From an uncultured Spirochaetaceae bacterium (GTDB lineage Bacteria; Spirochaetota; Spirochaetia; Sphaerochaetales; Sphaerochaetaceae): a stretch of DNA of 64,000 bases. The stretch covers positions 31-64,030 of the forward strand of contig CAZPTG010000001.1 in assembly GCA_964589355.1 (NCBI GenBank), read 5' to 3'. Every line of letters begins with the position of its first letter. Position 1 is the stretch's first letter. The notes beneath the pieces were generated by a model. It made no database searches. It worked only from the letters and a program-made list of their open reading frames with translations, and was not told the DNA's origin. This document shows positions 1-8,456 of the stretch, in pieces. Made by a program: the position numbers and the translations under genes.

Positions 1-944
1 TCTATATGCCATGCAATTTCTGGTAATATTCTCTCTATCTCTGCTAATCCCTCGTTAAGTTTGTGCTCTGGTATCTTGTAAACTCTACACTCTGGTATGT
101 CCCTTTTCTGTAGAGCTATAATATATGTTTCTTTCTTATAATCACGTATGTCAGGTATTGAGCTATCATTCTTAGCCATGTAATAAACTGCTAGCCAGTA
201 AAAAGCTAGCTGTCTATAGTAACTATAGTCATTAAATGAGTCGCTAAATTTACCTATATTACTAGTTGTTTTCAAGTCGATTAACTTTATTGTTTTATTC
301 TCTTTATCTATAACAAGCCTGTCAACCATTGACTTACAGTCTACATCAATATCAGTTGGGTACTTCCAAAATATAGGAAGCTCACTATAGGCCGAAATTT
401 GGCTTTTAAAGAGCTCATTACTCCCACCCATACCCAACACCTCTGTAGCTATTTTATGCTCAAATACGGCTTCTTTCAAACGGTTAATTAGATTCCATTC
501 AGCTTTAGTCAATATATCTTTGTATTCCTTAGATTTCTCTAAGTAGTTTATATAATCCTTAAGCTTTCTTTGTAGACTTTCAGCCTTTTTCTTCACATCT
601 TCTTCCTTGATAGCTTTAGTATTGTAAGCTTTTCCATAAGCTTTAATCTTACTAGATATTTTAGTAGCTTTAGGTCTATTGCGCCTATCTTTAACATACT
701 CTTCGCAGAATTGTTTTTGTTGTGGGCTTTTAGGCTGTTGATATTCTAAATATATATAGTTTTTTTCAAATTCTTCTGGTTCTAGTATAGCCATATGCAC
801 CTTACGACCGATAGATTGCCATGATTTCTGCTCTTCAGCTATCTCTTCATCTAATCTTTTCCTAAAATAAGCGGGGGAATATAAAAACCAATTTAACGAG
901 GAGTTAGATACCCCCTTTTCTTTATAATATTGCTTCTCGTTCAT
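1..944 (-). CDS. PD-(D/E)XK family exonuclease (RecB/Cas4-like phage exonuclease), C-terminus cut by window edge
   Basis: Own translation of the minus strand from ATG at 944 (MNEKQYYKEKGVSNSSLNWF...) stays open to position 1, so it is absent from the ORF track. It contains VDRLVIDKENKTIKLIDLKTT, a D-x(n)-(D/E)-x-K nuclease core. Confidence 0.55.
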   Translation of the reverse strand, partial: MNEKQYYKEKGVSNSSLNWFLYSPAYFRKRLDEEIAEEQKSWQSIGRKVHMAILEPEEFEKNYIYLEYQQPKSPQQKQFCEEYVKDRRNRPKATKISSKIKAYGKAYNTKAIKEEDVKKKAESLQRKLKDYINYLEKSKEYKDILTKAEWNLINRLKEAVFEHKIATEVLGMGGSNELFKSQISAYSELPIFWKYPTDIDVDCKSMVDRLVIDKENKTIKLIDLKTTSNIGKFSDSFNDYSYYRQLAFYWLAVYYMAKNDSSIPDIRDYKKETYIIALQKRDIPECRVYKIPEHKLNEGLAEIERILPEIAWHI

Positions 945-958
945 ACCAAGGTAACCCC

Positions 959-1480
959 CTATTTCTCCATTTTCTTATCATTCTTAGCCTTTTTCTCAGT
1001 CTTTTTATTTCCTTTTTGTGAGCCTTTATTTTCTCCTTTATCCCTGCTTCTCCTGGCTCCATCATTTTTGCTGTTATGTAAATTAGTTCCATTGTTTTTT
1101 ATTTTTTCAACTGTCTCATCTACCTGTTTCATACTCCTAGGTAAATACAAATCATACTTAGACCTAGTATTATATAGATAATACTTAAATATCTTCCACC
1201 TTAATGGGAAAGCATCATTAGGATTCCCTTTACACTCTATTACAAACTTCTTATTTTTATAAGTACCAACAAAATCTGGAGTATAGGTCATTTTCCTTAC
1301 TTTCTCATTATTATATATAAAAGCTGGTATAATTTCAAACTTTTTACCCTCATATTCAGCCTTTATATTATTTTCTTTAAGTCTATTGTAACAATGAGCT
1401 TCCAACTTAGACTTAAACTTTATACCATCTACTGTTTTAATAGTAGCATTCTTTACCTTCCTATTCTTCTTTCGCTTCAT
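959..1480 (-). CDS. DUF1064-like PD-(D/E)XK nuclease (resolvase-like) with Lys-rich tail
   Basis: 173-aa ORF. TPDFV...FVIECKG is a PD-(D/E)XK-type core, and the N-terminal FKSKLEAHCYNRL pattern resembles DUF1064 phage nucleases. Confidence 0.45.
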   Translation of the reverse strand: MKRKKNRKVKNATIKTVDGIKFKSKLEAHCYNRLKENNIKAEYEGKKFEIIPAFIYNNEKVRKMTYTPDFVGTYKNKKFVIECKGNPNDAFPLRWKIFKYYLYNTRSKYDLYLPRSMKQVDETVEKIKNNGTNLHNSKNDGARRSRDKGENKGSQKGNKKTEKKAKNDKKMEK

Positions 1481-1553
1481 AATAATAAAATTAGGGGCTC
1501 AACATGAACCCACGTTGCATTTCGCATTATACGAAAGCCCCTAATTAAAGTTA

Positions 1554-2801
1554 TTATTCTCCATATCTTTTGTGTCTATAGAAATCAAAAGTATTATCCC
1601 AGACAGCATTATCCCTAATCCATCTGTTGTTTATACCATTATGGTAAAATACGTGTTTTGAATCCTTTATAATTAGTTTCTTCCTTAAATTTAAATCATT
1701 GTTTATAAACTTATTACAGCTTATACAGAAGAACCTATTTTCATCAGGGATAAAATACGTAGTTTCTTCTTTACTACATTCACTACAAGTGTGCCCTTTT
1801 ATAGGAACTTCAATATCTTCGTGGTTTTTCAATATGTAGAAATCTACACCTTTAAGCTTAAGGAAAAGTTTATATTCATTTTTCTTAGTCGAATCAATCT
1901 TGTTTAATGTTTCTTTATACTCTGAAGAATGCTGCTTAGCATATACATCATCAATACCAGTATTTGTGTTATAACCACTAAAGTAGTACTGGTTATTATT
2001 AGTATTTTTTGGGGGAGTATAAGTATGTTTATATTTCTTAATCAAGTTATCAAATAAATCTGTAGTTAAGCTGTAAGCACGTTTTACATCACTAATACTT
2101 ACAACTTCAGTATCAGAGTGGGGCCTAAAATAACCACAAGAAAGATTTACAGCACTTATGCCTATACCACCACTTACTAAAGTATCAATATCTGAAGACA
2201 AACCTGTACTTTCTTTATACCCATTTTTGTCAAGATATATCTTAGCATCTTTTTTAAAACTGTTACTGCAAATATCTATACCACTAGATTTAACTATAAA
2301 ATCCGTGTTATTTTTTCTATCGTTTTGTATAACAAATTTACAGTTGCTATAAAATGTCTTATTATTACTTATTGAGAATTTACTACCCAGTTTACCTATC
2401 TCTTCGTTTCTGTAGAATACAGCTTTTATATTATCCCTATCTTTTAGAGCTTGTAAAGCTATATAAACCCCTACAAGATCATCACCCCCTATACCTGCTT
2501 GTTTAACATTTATAGGGTCAAAGGCATATAGGTAATCCCCATTTCTATTCACTTCTACGTTGTTGTTAATGTTGTGTACTGTATCAACATGAGCTACTAT
2601 ACAATCGTACAGTTCTGTTTTGCCTTTTACAGCATATATGTTGCCGTACCCATCTTCAAAATGTTTAATATTATTAGAAGACAGCACAGACTTTATGTAC
2701 CTCCTTATCTGCAAATCATTGTCTTTACTATCTTTGCTGTAAGTAGATTTAGATTGTATAGACAGCACATTCTTTAACATTCTCAAGCTTATATCTGGCA
2801 T
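1554..2801 (-). CDS. clan MH (M20/M28/M42-like) metallopeptidase homolog with C-terminal zinc ribbon
   Basis: 415-aa ORF. IVAHVDTVH and GGDDLVG resemble the metal-ligand motifs of these peptidases. The C-terminus has CSEC...CISC. Confidence 0.45.
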   Translation of the reverse strand: MPDISLRMLKNVLSIQSKSTYSKDSKDNDLQIRRYIKSVLSSNNIKHFEDGYGNIYAVKGKTELYDCIVAHVDTVHNINNNVEVNRNGDYLYAFDPINVKQAGIGGDDLVGVYIALQALKDRDNIKAVFYRNEEIGKLGSKFSISNNKTFYSNCKFVIQNDRKNNTDFIVKSSGIDICSNSFKKDAKIYLDKNGYKESTGLSSDIDTLVSGGIGISAVNLSCGYFRPHSDTEVVSISDVKRAYSLTTDLFDNLIKKYKHTYTPPKNTNNNQYYFSGYNTNTGIDDVYAKQHSSEYKETLNKIDSTKKNEYKLFLKLKGVDFYILKNHEDIEVPIKGHTCSECSKEETTYFIPDENRFFCISCNKFINNDLNLRKKLIIKDSKHVFYHNGINNRWIRDNAVWDNTFDFYRHKRYGE

Positions 2802-2812
2802 ATTTTGAAAAT

Positions 2813-4861
2813 TTAGGCCGTATGTTTGTAATAATTGGTACTTACTTCTTTTATATTGTTCTTACCAAAAACTTTAAAGATATTATTTTTATGTAATATG
2901 ATACAATAGGGACCTGACTGAGTCACATTTAGATAATTAGGATCTGTCACAATATTCTTTTTTGTTACATAAAAATCTATATCAGGATTTAATAGTAAAT
3001 TCTTTACTAAGTGCTTATCCTTATATATAACATCCTTGCTGCCAATTTCTACAGAGCAAATTGTGTTATTGAATGTTTTTGTATTTACTGCTTCGTCTAC
3101 ATTAATACGGTTAAAAAAGTTTCTGTTTGTTACACTGTTTAAAGTCATGTATTGACTAAATATTCTTTTGATACCCATGTTTTTAGACCGTAGTGGACTC
3201 TTTACCCCATACCTTGTTGACAGTATTTTATTAATATCACTGATAACGCCTTCTAAATTAGGATCAGAGCTTACCTTTTTTGCTTTAATATTAGCATCAG
3301 TGTTAAAACTTACCTCATTATCCAGATCTTCTGTTTTAGAAGTATTTATTATTTTTGTAAGAGTTGCTATTTTATCTTTATCTACATTAAGACTATTCTT
3401 ATTTGAAATATCCGACTCATCAATATACTTAACTTCATCATCTTCTACTTTTCTTTTTACCCATTTATCTTTCTCAGGGGTATTAAATGGACCATAAGAT
3501 AATGTAACTTTGACTTTGTTATCCTTGGTGAGTACAAAACCTCTCCTGTTTAGAGAGTCTAAATAAGGGAGTCTATAGTGCTTAATATTAGGTGCGTACA
3601 AGTCTTCTAATACAAATTTGGCATCATACCCAGTATCAGATATCACAGAGCTGTGATGTATACCTATGAACCCTTTATCCTTAGCATATTTCCTAAGTAT
3701 TCTAGCACATGTCTCTGAAATAGAATATATTCTATCCATATATACCTTACCATCATCTGGTAACCATAGAATACTCCTAGCTAAGATTTTATTAGGTACT
3801 TTACTCTTTAAAACTAGCAACTTAATTCTATCAGGATTATAGGCATAAAAATTCAACTTACTATAATTAGAATAGCCGTTCATACAACTACCTGCTAATG
3901 ATCCGCCTTTTTCTTGAGCATTAATATTGGCACTTTCTACAACTCCTTCTGGCAATTTTTCTAAGAATAGATTATTATGCCTATTGTAATAAAATAATAT
4001 ATCATGACCTTCTACTATACTAACAGCTTTTTCTAGGTTAGTATTAGCAGAATCTGCCAAGTCCTTAACTTCTTGCACTATTTTTTCTACTACTGCACTA
4101 GGTACAGCACTGCCCATTATAGCTGTTATAGCTCTACCAAGCTTAATCTCTTTAAAATAGGGTTGATAATCAAGGTCCTCAGAAGACATTTTTATAACTT
4201 TTGCTATGTAGGTCCATATAGATTGTTGTTCTGAACGACAAATTATCCCATAGTATGTGGATATTGAAATTATCCCATAGTGTGTGGATATTGGGGGCAA
4301 TAGATCCTTATAGTTCTTTGGTATTGTAATCAGATCAGAATTATTTAGCAGAACCTCCACTGCACATCTCATATTAACTGGACCAATATGCCCACTCTCT
4401 TCTAATATCTGTATTATTGATTTCCCCAATAAAGCTCTAGTAAATATAAGAGCTTTCCCTTTATTGTCTATATGCAAACTTAAAGGTATTTCACTAAGTT
4501 TAGTTTCATTTACTGTATGGTCAGTTGTTATTTTATAGCCGTTGGAGAACGGCCTGCCTTTAAGGTATTTACTTACATCTATAGCCTCTGAAGTAATCTT
4601 TATTCTTCTTTCTAACCTATTAATACTATCTAAATCTAAATCAGATTTAACTTCTTTAGCTTTAAATTCTGATAAGTCCTGTTTATCTTTTGTAAGCTTA
4701 TTAGCTAATGAAGATATCACCCTGTTAAAAAGATCTACAGCTGAATTAGAAATATATGTATATGTGTGGCCTTGATCTAGTACAGCTGTTCTGGTTGCTG
4801 TTATAGCATTTAAGTGCTCTAGACTAATTGCTATTTCCTCTTTTTTGATACATTTATCCAT
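2813..4861 (-). CDS. hypothetical protein (682 aa)
   Basis: Long ORF on the leftward coding strand that abuts its neighbours. No motif recognised. It carries the in-frame tandem duplication at 4240-4293. Confidence 0.65.
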   Translation of the reverse strand: MDKCIKKEEIAISLEHLNAITATRTAVLDQGHTYTYISNSAVDLFNRVISSLANKLTKDKQDLSEFKAKEVKSDLDLDSINRLERRIKITSEAIDVSKYLKGRPFSNGYKITTDHTVNETKLSEIPLSLHIDNKGKALIFTRALLGKSIIQILEESGHIGPVNMRCAVEVLLNNSDLITIPKNYKDLLPPISTHYGIISISTYYGIICRSEQQSIWTYIAKVIKMSSEDLDYQPYFKEIKLGRAITAIMGSAVPSAVVEKIVQEVKDLADSANTNLEKAVSIVEGHDILFYYNRHNNLFLEKLPEGVVESANINAQEKGGSLAGSCMNGYSNYSKLNFYAYNPDRIKLLVLKSKVPNKILARSILWLPDDGKVYMDRIYSISETCARILRKYAKDKGFIGIHHSSVISDTGYDAKFVLEDLYAPNIKHYRLPYLDSLNRRGFVLTKDNKVKVTLSYGPFNTPEKDKWVKRKVEDDEVKYIDESDISNKNSLNVDKDKIATLTKIINTSKTEDLDNEVSFNTDANIKAKKVSSDPNLEGVISDINKILSTRYGVKSPLRSKNMGIKRIFSQYMTLNSVTNRNFFNRINVDEAVNTKTFNNTICSVEIGSKDVIYKDKHLVKNLLLNPDIDFYVTKKNIVTDPNYLNVTQSGPYCIILHKNNIFKVFGKNNIKEVSTNYYKHTA
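4240..4293. repeat. 27-bp tandem duplication x2 (one mismatch) inside the 682-aa ORF
   Basis: aaattatcccatagtatgtggatattg is followed directly by aaattatcccatagtgtgtggatattg. In-frame, giving ISTHYGIIS / ISTYYGIIC in the protein. Confidence 0.9.
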
Positions 4862-5927
4862 AAAGTAGCTTGTTTAATATTGTATAAGTTTTGTTAAAAC
4901 CTACTTTTTTTATAAGATCACTTATATCTTTAGCTCTATACCCTAAGGGTATAAAGATACATTTTAAGTTGTATGCCTTCTTCATATCAATCATACCCTT
5001 TACACCAGTGCTATCATTATCATATAACACTACCACCCTATTAAACCTCTTCTTTAGATCTAACATTACATCTTTAGGTATTGGAGTAGATTCACTGTTA
5101 GCAGCTATAGAACTAAAATCCAGTTCGTATAGAACCATAACATCCTTTAAGGATTTGGTTACAATAACTAGTTCCCCAGATTTTTTCAACTGCTGGAACC
5201 CTTGTATATCGTGCTTGTTACAGTTATTTAGGAACTTGTTATCTTTAGAACTATGTGGCCTATATATTTTAAACTTATTATATATCCTATAAGCATACAT
5301 AGGCTCTCTTTTACTATAAAAATACTTGGATACCGCATCATTTATCCATAATTTACTTATAGGGAATATATTAAACTTCCTTAGCGTCTCTCTTGTAATA
5401 CAGAACTGAGACCAATAATCCAAATCAAATTTTGTAAAATTCCTTTTCTTTACAGCTATCTTAGTCCTACTAGGCTTGTACTTGTCCCTTACTAGTAAGC
5501 CTTTTTGTGACCTTTCTAACAAGCCTAAACTTAAATCCTTATTTATTTTATTTAAGGCATCTCTATAAGTAGCTAATTGTTTATATAATTGTACAAACTT
5601 AAAACAGTTACCTACTATACCAGTACCCTGATCTTTAAATAATAGACTCCTGGTCTTTTTGGCCATAAATAAACCAAATGAAGGATCATCATCTTTTCTT
5701 AGGGGACTATTAAATTTAGTATTTATTGGTACTTTTCTTCCTATATAGTAAGAGTAAATATCATACTCAGTAGTTCTCTTTAAAATATTTTCCTCTGTAA
5801 CAGGTGTAAGTTTATCAGTGTCGTATAGCATAGTACTAGCTTTCAAAAATAATGAACTCAGTTCTCTCTTCGCCGAATTTAGGTATATTTCTCGTGTAGT
5901 ATGAAACAGTTCTACTATTAGGTTCAT
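4854..5927 (-). CDS. DNA primase (TOPRIM domain)
   Basis: 357-aa ORF. ELVIVTKSLKDVMVL ... VVVLYDNDSTGVKG fits the TOPRIM E...DxD pattern, in a replication-module context. The start may instead be Met33 at 5831, just after the stop of the upstream 83-aa ORF. Confidence 0.6.
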   Translation of the reverse strand: MNLIVELFHTTREIYLNSAKRELSSLFLKASTMLYDTDKLTPVTEENILKRTTEYDIYSYYIGRKVPINTKFNSPLRKDDDPSFGLFMAKKTRSLLFKDQGTGIVGNCFKFVQLYKQLATYRDALNKINKDLSLGLLERSQKGLLVRDKYKPSRTKIAVKKRNFTKFDLDYWSQFCITRETLRKFNIFPISKLWINDAVSKYFYSKREPMYAYRIYNKFKIYRPHSSKDNKFLNNCNKHDIQGFQQLKKSGELVIVTKSLKDVMVLYELDFSSIAANSESTPIPKDVMLDLKKRFNRVVVLYDNDSTGVKGMIDMKKAYNLKCIFIPLGYRAKDISDLIKKVGFNKTYTILNKLLYG

Positions 5928-6087
5928 TCAATTGAGGTATATCCCCATCTTGAGCTCTTTTAGATACGCTTACATATTCTTTTCTACTACCCTTTTTATA
6001 CTTATGCCATATTAATTTGTTATCTTCTGTGATATCTTCGCCCTTGTCGTTAGTTGCGTATGTTACAAATGTATTATATTTTTTCAT
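5836..6087 (-). CDS. hypothetical protein (83 aa)
   Basis: ORF on the coding strand immediately downstream of the tRNA pair. Overlaps the long version of the primase ORF. Confidence 0.4.
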   Translation of the reverse strand: MKKYNTFVTYATNDKGEDITEDNKLIWHKYKKGSRKEYVSVSKRAQDGDIPQLNEPNSRTVSYYTRNIPKFGEERTEFIIFES

Positions 6088-6101
6088 GCTTATTAATTTA
6101 G

Positions 6102-6172
6102 TGCCGGGGCAAGGACTCGAACCTCGCTTCTCTAGGGTAAAATCCTAGGCTCTACCGTTGAGCTACCCGGCT
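6102..6172 (-). tRNA. tRNA, probable anticodon UUU (Lys), slightly non-canonical
   Basis: The minus strand reads (A)GCCGGGTAGCTCAACGGTAGAGCCTAGGATTTTACCCTAGAGAAGCGAGGTTCGAGTCCTTGCCCCGGCA. It has D stem GCTC/GAGC, anticodon stem CTAGG/CCTAG with loop AUUUUAC, and T arm CGAGG-TTCGAGT-CCTTG. I could not place positions 7/8 and 26 cleanly. Confidence 0.6.
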
Positions 6173-6178
6173 AGTAAC

Positions 6179-6570
6179 AAGCTCGAGCAGGGCTTGAACC
6201 TGCAACACTTACTTACTTTACTTGTTAGTAGTATTAAGTCGAACTTCAATTCAACGTGTCTATTACTGGATATTGCACTATAACTTAGTATTTATCGGGT
6301 CAATAGATTCTTTGAATGGATTCTATTACTACCATTTAGTGCGTCCTGACCGGTAATCAACTATACGTATTTAATATTCTTTGCAGGTATATAATACTTA
6401 GTGCACAGTTGTACCTTTGCTCGTTATTCTACGCCCACGAGCGTTGCTATCTTTATATCTTGTCATTGATATAAAAAGATTCAGTTTCTTAGGATAGCAA
6501 GGCCTCCCCCCAATTTCAAGCCTTAGGGGTCAAGGCTAATCAGTGCGTCTTCTGGTTCCGCTATCGAGCT
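6179..6570 (-). tRNA. 392-nt tRNA-like gene, candidate intron-containing tRNA (group I-like insert)
   Basis: The 5' end AGCTCGA-TA-GCGGAACCAGAAGACGC (Leu-like D arm) pairs with the 3' end GCAGG-TTCAAGC-CCTGC-TCGAGCT-T, giving a 7-bp acceptor and a canonical T arm. The interior carries an R-like CAGGACGCACTA and an S-like AAGTTATAGTGC that pair 6/6 (GCACTA/TAGTGC at 6337-6342 and 6275-6280), plus long hairpins. Splice sites and anticodon were not resolved. Confidence 0.5.
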
Positions 6571-6591
6571 TGTTATTATACTTGAGCTAGC

Positions 6592-6624
6592 AAAAAATAG
6601 GGCCTTGTTGTAAAACAAAGCCCT
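6592..6624 (-). terminator. intrinsic terminator after the SSB gene
   Basis: The minus strand reads AGGGCTTTGTT-TTAC-AACAAGGCCCT followed by ATTTTTTG. A second small UUCG-loop hairpin, CCCTCTTCGGAGGG, lies at 6640-6653. Confidence 0.75.
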
Positions 6625-6668
6625 GGGTATATATATGTACCCTCCGAAGAGGGATATTATATGCTAAT

Positions 6669-7277
6669 TTAGAATGGAACATTTTCATCAGTCTTTGAAC
6701 TCTTACCCTGTTCCTGGGTATTACTATCAAATGGGTTAGATGAAGTCTGAGTAGAATCAGGTTTATCTCTCTCCATTTTATCTATAGGCAAGATCTTAAT
6801 CTTTGATTGATCCGCAGGTATATTCATATTTTCTAGCCAATCAAATTTAGCGTAGCTAGGCAAAGTTGTATAGTTGTTAAAATCATATACTACTTTTACC
6901 CTAAGCTTATGATCTTTCCATTGATCTTGTTTAGATTTTAGTTTCTCAACTACTTGTTTAGCGAAACTCTCAAAATCTTCTGCTTTGAAGACGAACTCAT
7001 CTTCGCTCAAAATACCTGAGTTTACGGCAATATGCTTTATTCTAGCTAGTTGTTTATTAACTTTGCTTTCTTGATTCTCTCCATTGGGTTCCCATTCTGT
7101 TTTAGGTACTTGATTCCCATTCTCATCGGAGAAATAGAAAGCTAGAAATTTGTTACCATTCCTAGATTCGTTATATGATACATCACTTAGCACGATGTTT
7201 TCATGAATACCAGCTTCCAAATAAGCACTACCGTTACCCTCTTTTTGAACATCTTTGGTCATGTCGTATAATGGCAT
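6669..7277 (-). CDS. single-stranded DNA-binding protein (phage SSB-like)
   Basis: 202 aa. Has an acidic, disordered C-terminal tail ending DENVPF, like the bacterial SSB tip DDDIPF. Sits adjacent to the Sak4-like ATPase. Confidence 0.55.
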   Translation of the reverse strand: MPLYDMTKDVQKEGNGSAYLEAGIHENIVLSDVSYNESRNGNKFLAFYFSDENGNQVPKTEWEPNGENQESKVNKQLARIKHIAVNSGILSEDEFVFKAEDFESFAKQVVEKLKSKQDQWKDHKLRVKVVYDFNNYTTLPSYAKFDWLENMNIPADQSKIKILPIDKMERDKPDSTQTSSNPFDSNTQEQGKSSKTDENVPF

Positions 7278-7296
7278 AATATATATCTGTGTTTAA

Positions 7297-7944
7297 TTAA
7301 TTAAATACTCTGTCTAATTCGTCTAATACTTCTTTGACGTCATTGGGGATTGTTTCCTGATCCTCAAACAACATAGGCGGAGTCTTTGCATTAATTATAC
7401 CATCCGTATTTAATCTGAAGAAGTAGTCACGTTTGGAAGAATCTGATATTTTGGCATCGGCGTATAGTACAATTGTATAGTCTTTTTCTATATCGCTTTT
7501 CCATTCCTTTCCTTTTACGAATATGCGTTCTTCTACCACTCCATTGTCAGTTTCAACTTTCTCAGTATGTGCAGTAACTATAATATCTTTAGGATACCTT
7601 TTTATTATATAGTTTAATTCACCTATTTTTTGATTGTAGAAGTTCCATATATCGAAACCTTTCTTAATCTCCCTAGATGCTTTTAGTACACTGTCCATAT
7701 ACTGAGTGAAACTTTCAAGTACAACTGTTTTTACACTGTCATTTTTGGCATATTCTATTAATTTATTATAAGCGTCGTTCCAATCTTTTGGGACGTAATA
7801 AAATTTGAAGTTGTTCTTAAATGGTAGAGGCTTTGCTTCCATATTTATAAAACCAGTTGTTTCAGGATCTAAATTTCGCAGAGAATAACTTTTACCTCTC
7901 CCACTATTACCTGTAACTGCAATATTATAAGCTTCTCTAGCCAT
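7297..7944 (-). CDS. Sak4-like / AAA_24 P-loop ATPase (recombination)
   Basis: 215 aa. Walker A is AVTGNSGRGKSYS. Size and position next to the SSB are typical of Sak4-type annealing ATPases. Confidence 0.55.
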   Translation of the reverse strand: MAREAYNIAVTGNSGRGKSYSLRNLDPETTGFINMEAKPLPFKNNFKFYYVPKDWNDAYNKLIEYAKNDSVKTVVLESFTQYMDSVLKASREIKKGFDIWNFYNQKIGELNYIIKRYPKDIIVTAHTEKVETDNGVVEERIFVKGKEWKSDIEKDYTIVLYADAKISDSSKRDYFFRLNTDGIINAKTPPMLFEDQETIPNDVKEVLDELDRVFN

Positions 7945-7945
7945 A

Positions 7946-8380
7946 TTATTTTATTATTTTAGCTACGGATTTAGCTAATTCCATATCTGTTTTATAGGTC
8001 TTTAACTCTTGTAGAACTTTAAATACTTTATACTCTTCTTCATTGAATTTAGATAATCCTTGTACTTTCATAAACTCAATTTTTTCGTCTATGTTACATA
8101 TTTTATCTTCAATATCTATTTTATCTTCAATAAGTTTATCTTTATCTTTTTTTAGGCCACTTATAGATTCGTCTACTATTGATACTTCACTGAAAAGAAT
8201 AGAGTTTCCCTTCGTTCCGTCTTCTTTTATAGCTCCTGTTATAGTGTTGTTATTAACAGCGGTACTCTTGTTTACATATAAGATAGCTCCTTTTGGGCCA
8301 TAGTTATGCATACCAGTGTTTTTCTCTACTCTGAGCTTTTTACCTATAAGATCTTCTTTAGTAGTTCCTTGTTCAATCAT
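7946..8380 (-). CDS. hypothetical protein (144 aa)
   Basis: ORF on the coding strand, starting 2 nt after the next gene. Coiled-coil-like C-terminus. Confidence 0.6.
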   Translation of the reverse strand: MIEQGTTKEDLIGKKLRVEKNTGMHNYGPKGAILYVNKSTAVNNNTITGAIKEDGTKGNSILFSEVSIVDESISGLKKDKDKLIEDKIDIEDKICNIDEKIEFMKVQGLSKFNEEEYKVFKVLQELKTYKTDMELAKSVAKIIK

Positions 8381-8405
8381 ATTAATATGTTTTATAGTTA
8401 AATAA

Positions 8406-8434
8406 GCTTAGGGGAAGATATACAACCCCTAAGC
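8406..8434 (-). terminator. hairpin terminator after the GC-rich ORF 8457-8942
   Basis: GCTTAGGGG-11 nt-CCCCTAAGC, a 9-bp stem, followed on the minus strand by TTATTTAA. Confidence 0.55.
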
Positions 8435-8456
8435 ATATTATATCTTTAATCACTTA

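Noticed and set aside
6179-6570. tmRNA as an explanation for tRNA-like ends enclosing ~320 nt.
   Set aside because: The acceptor stem has C3:G70 rather than the G3:U70 alanine identity pair. I found no tag reading frame ending in ...ALAA plus a stop.
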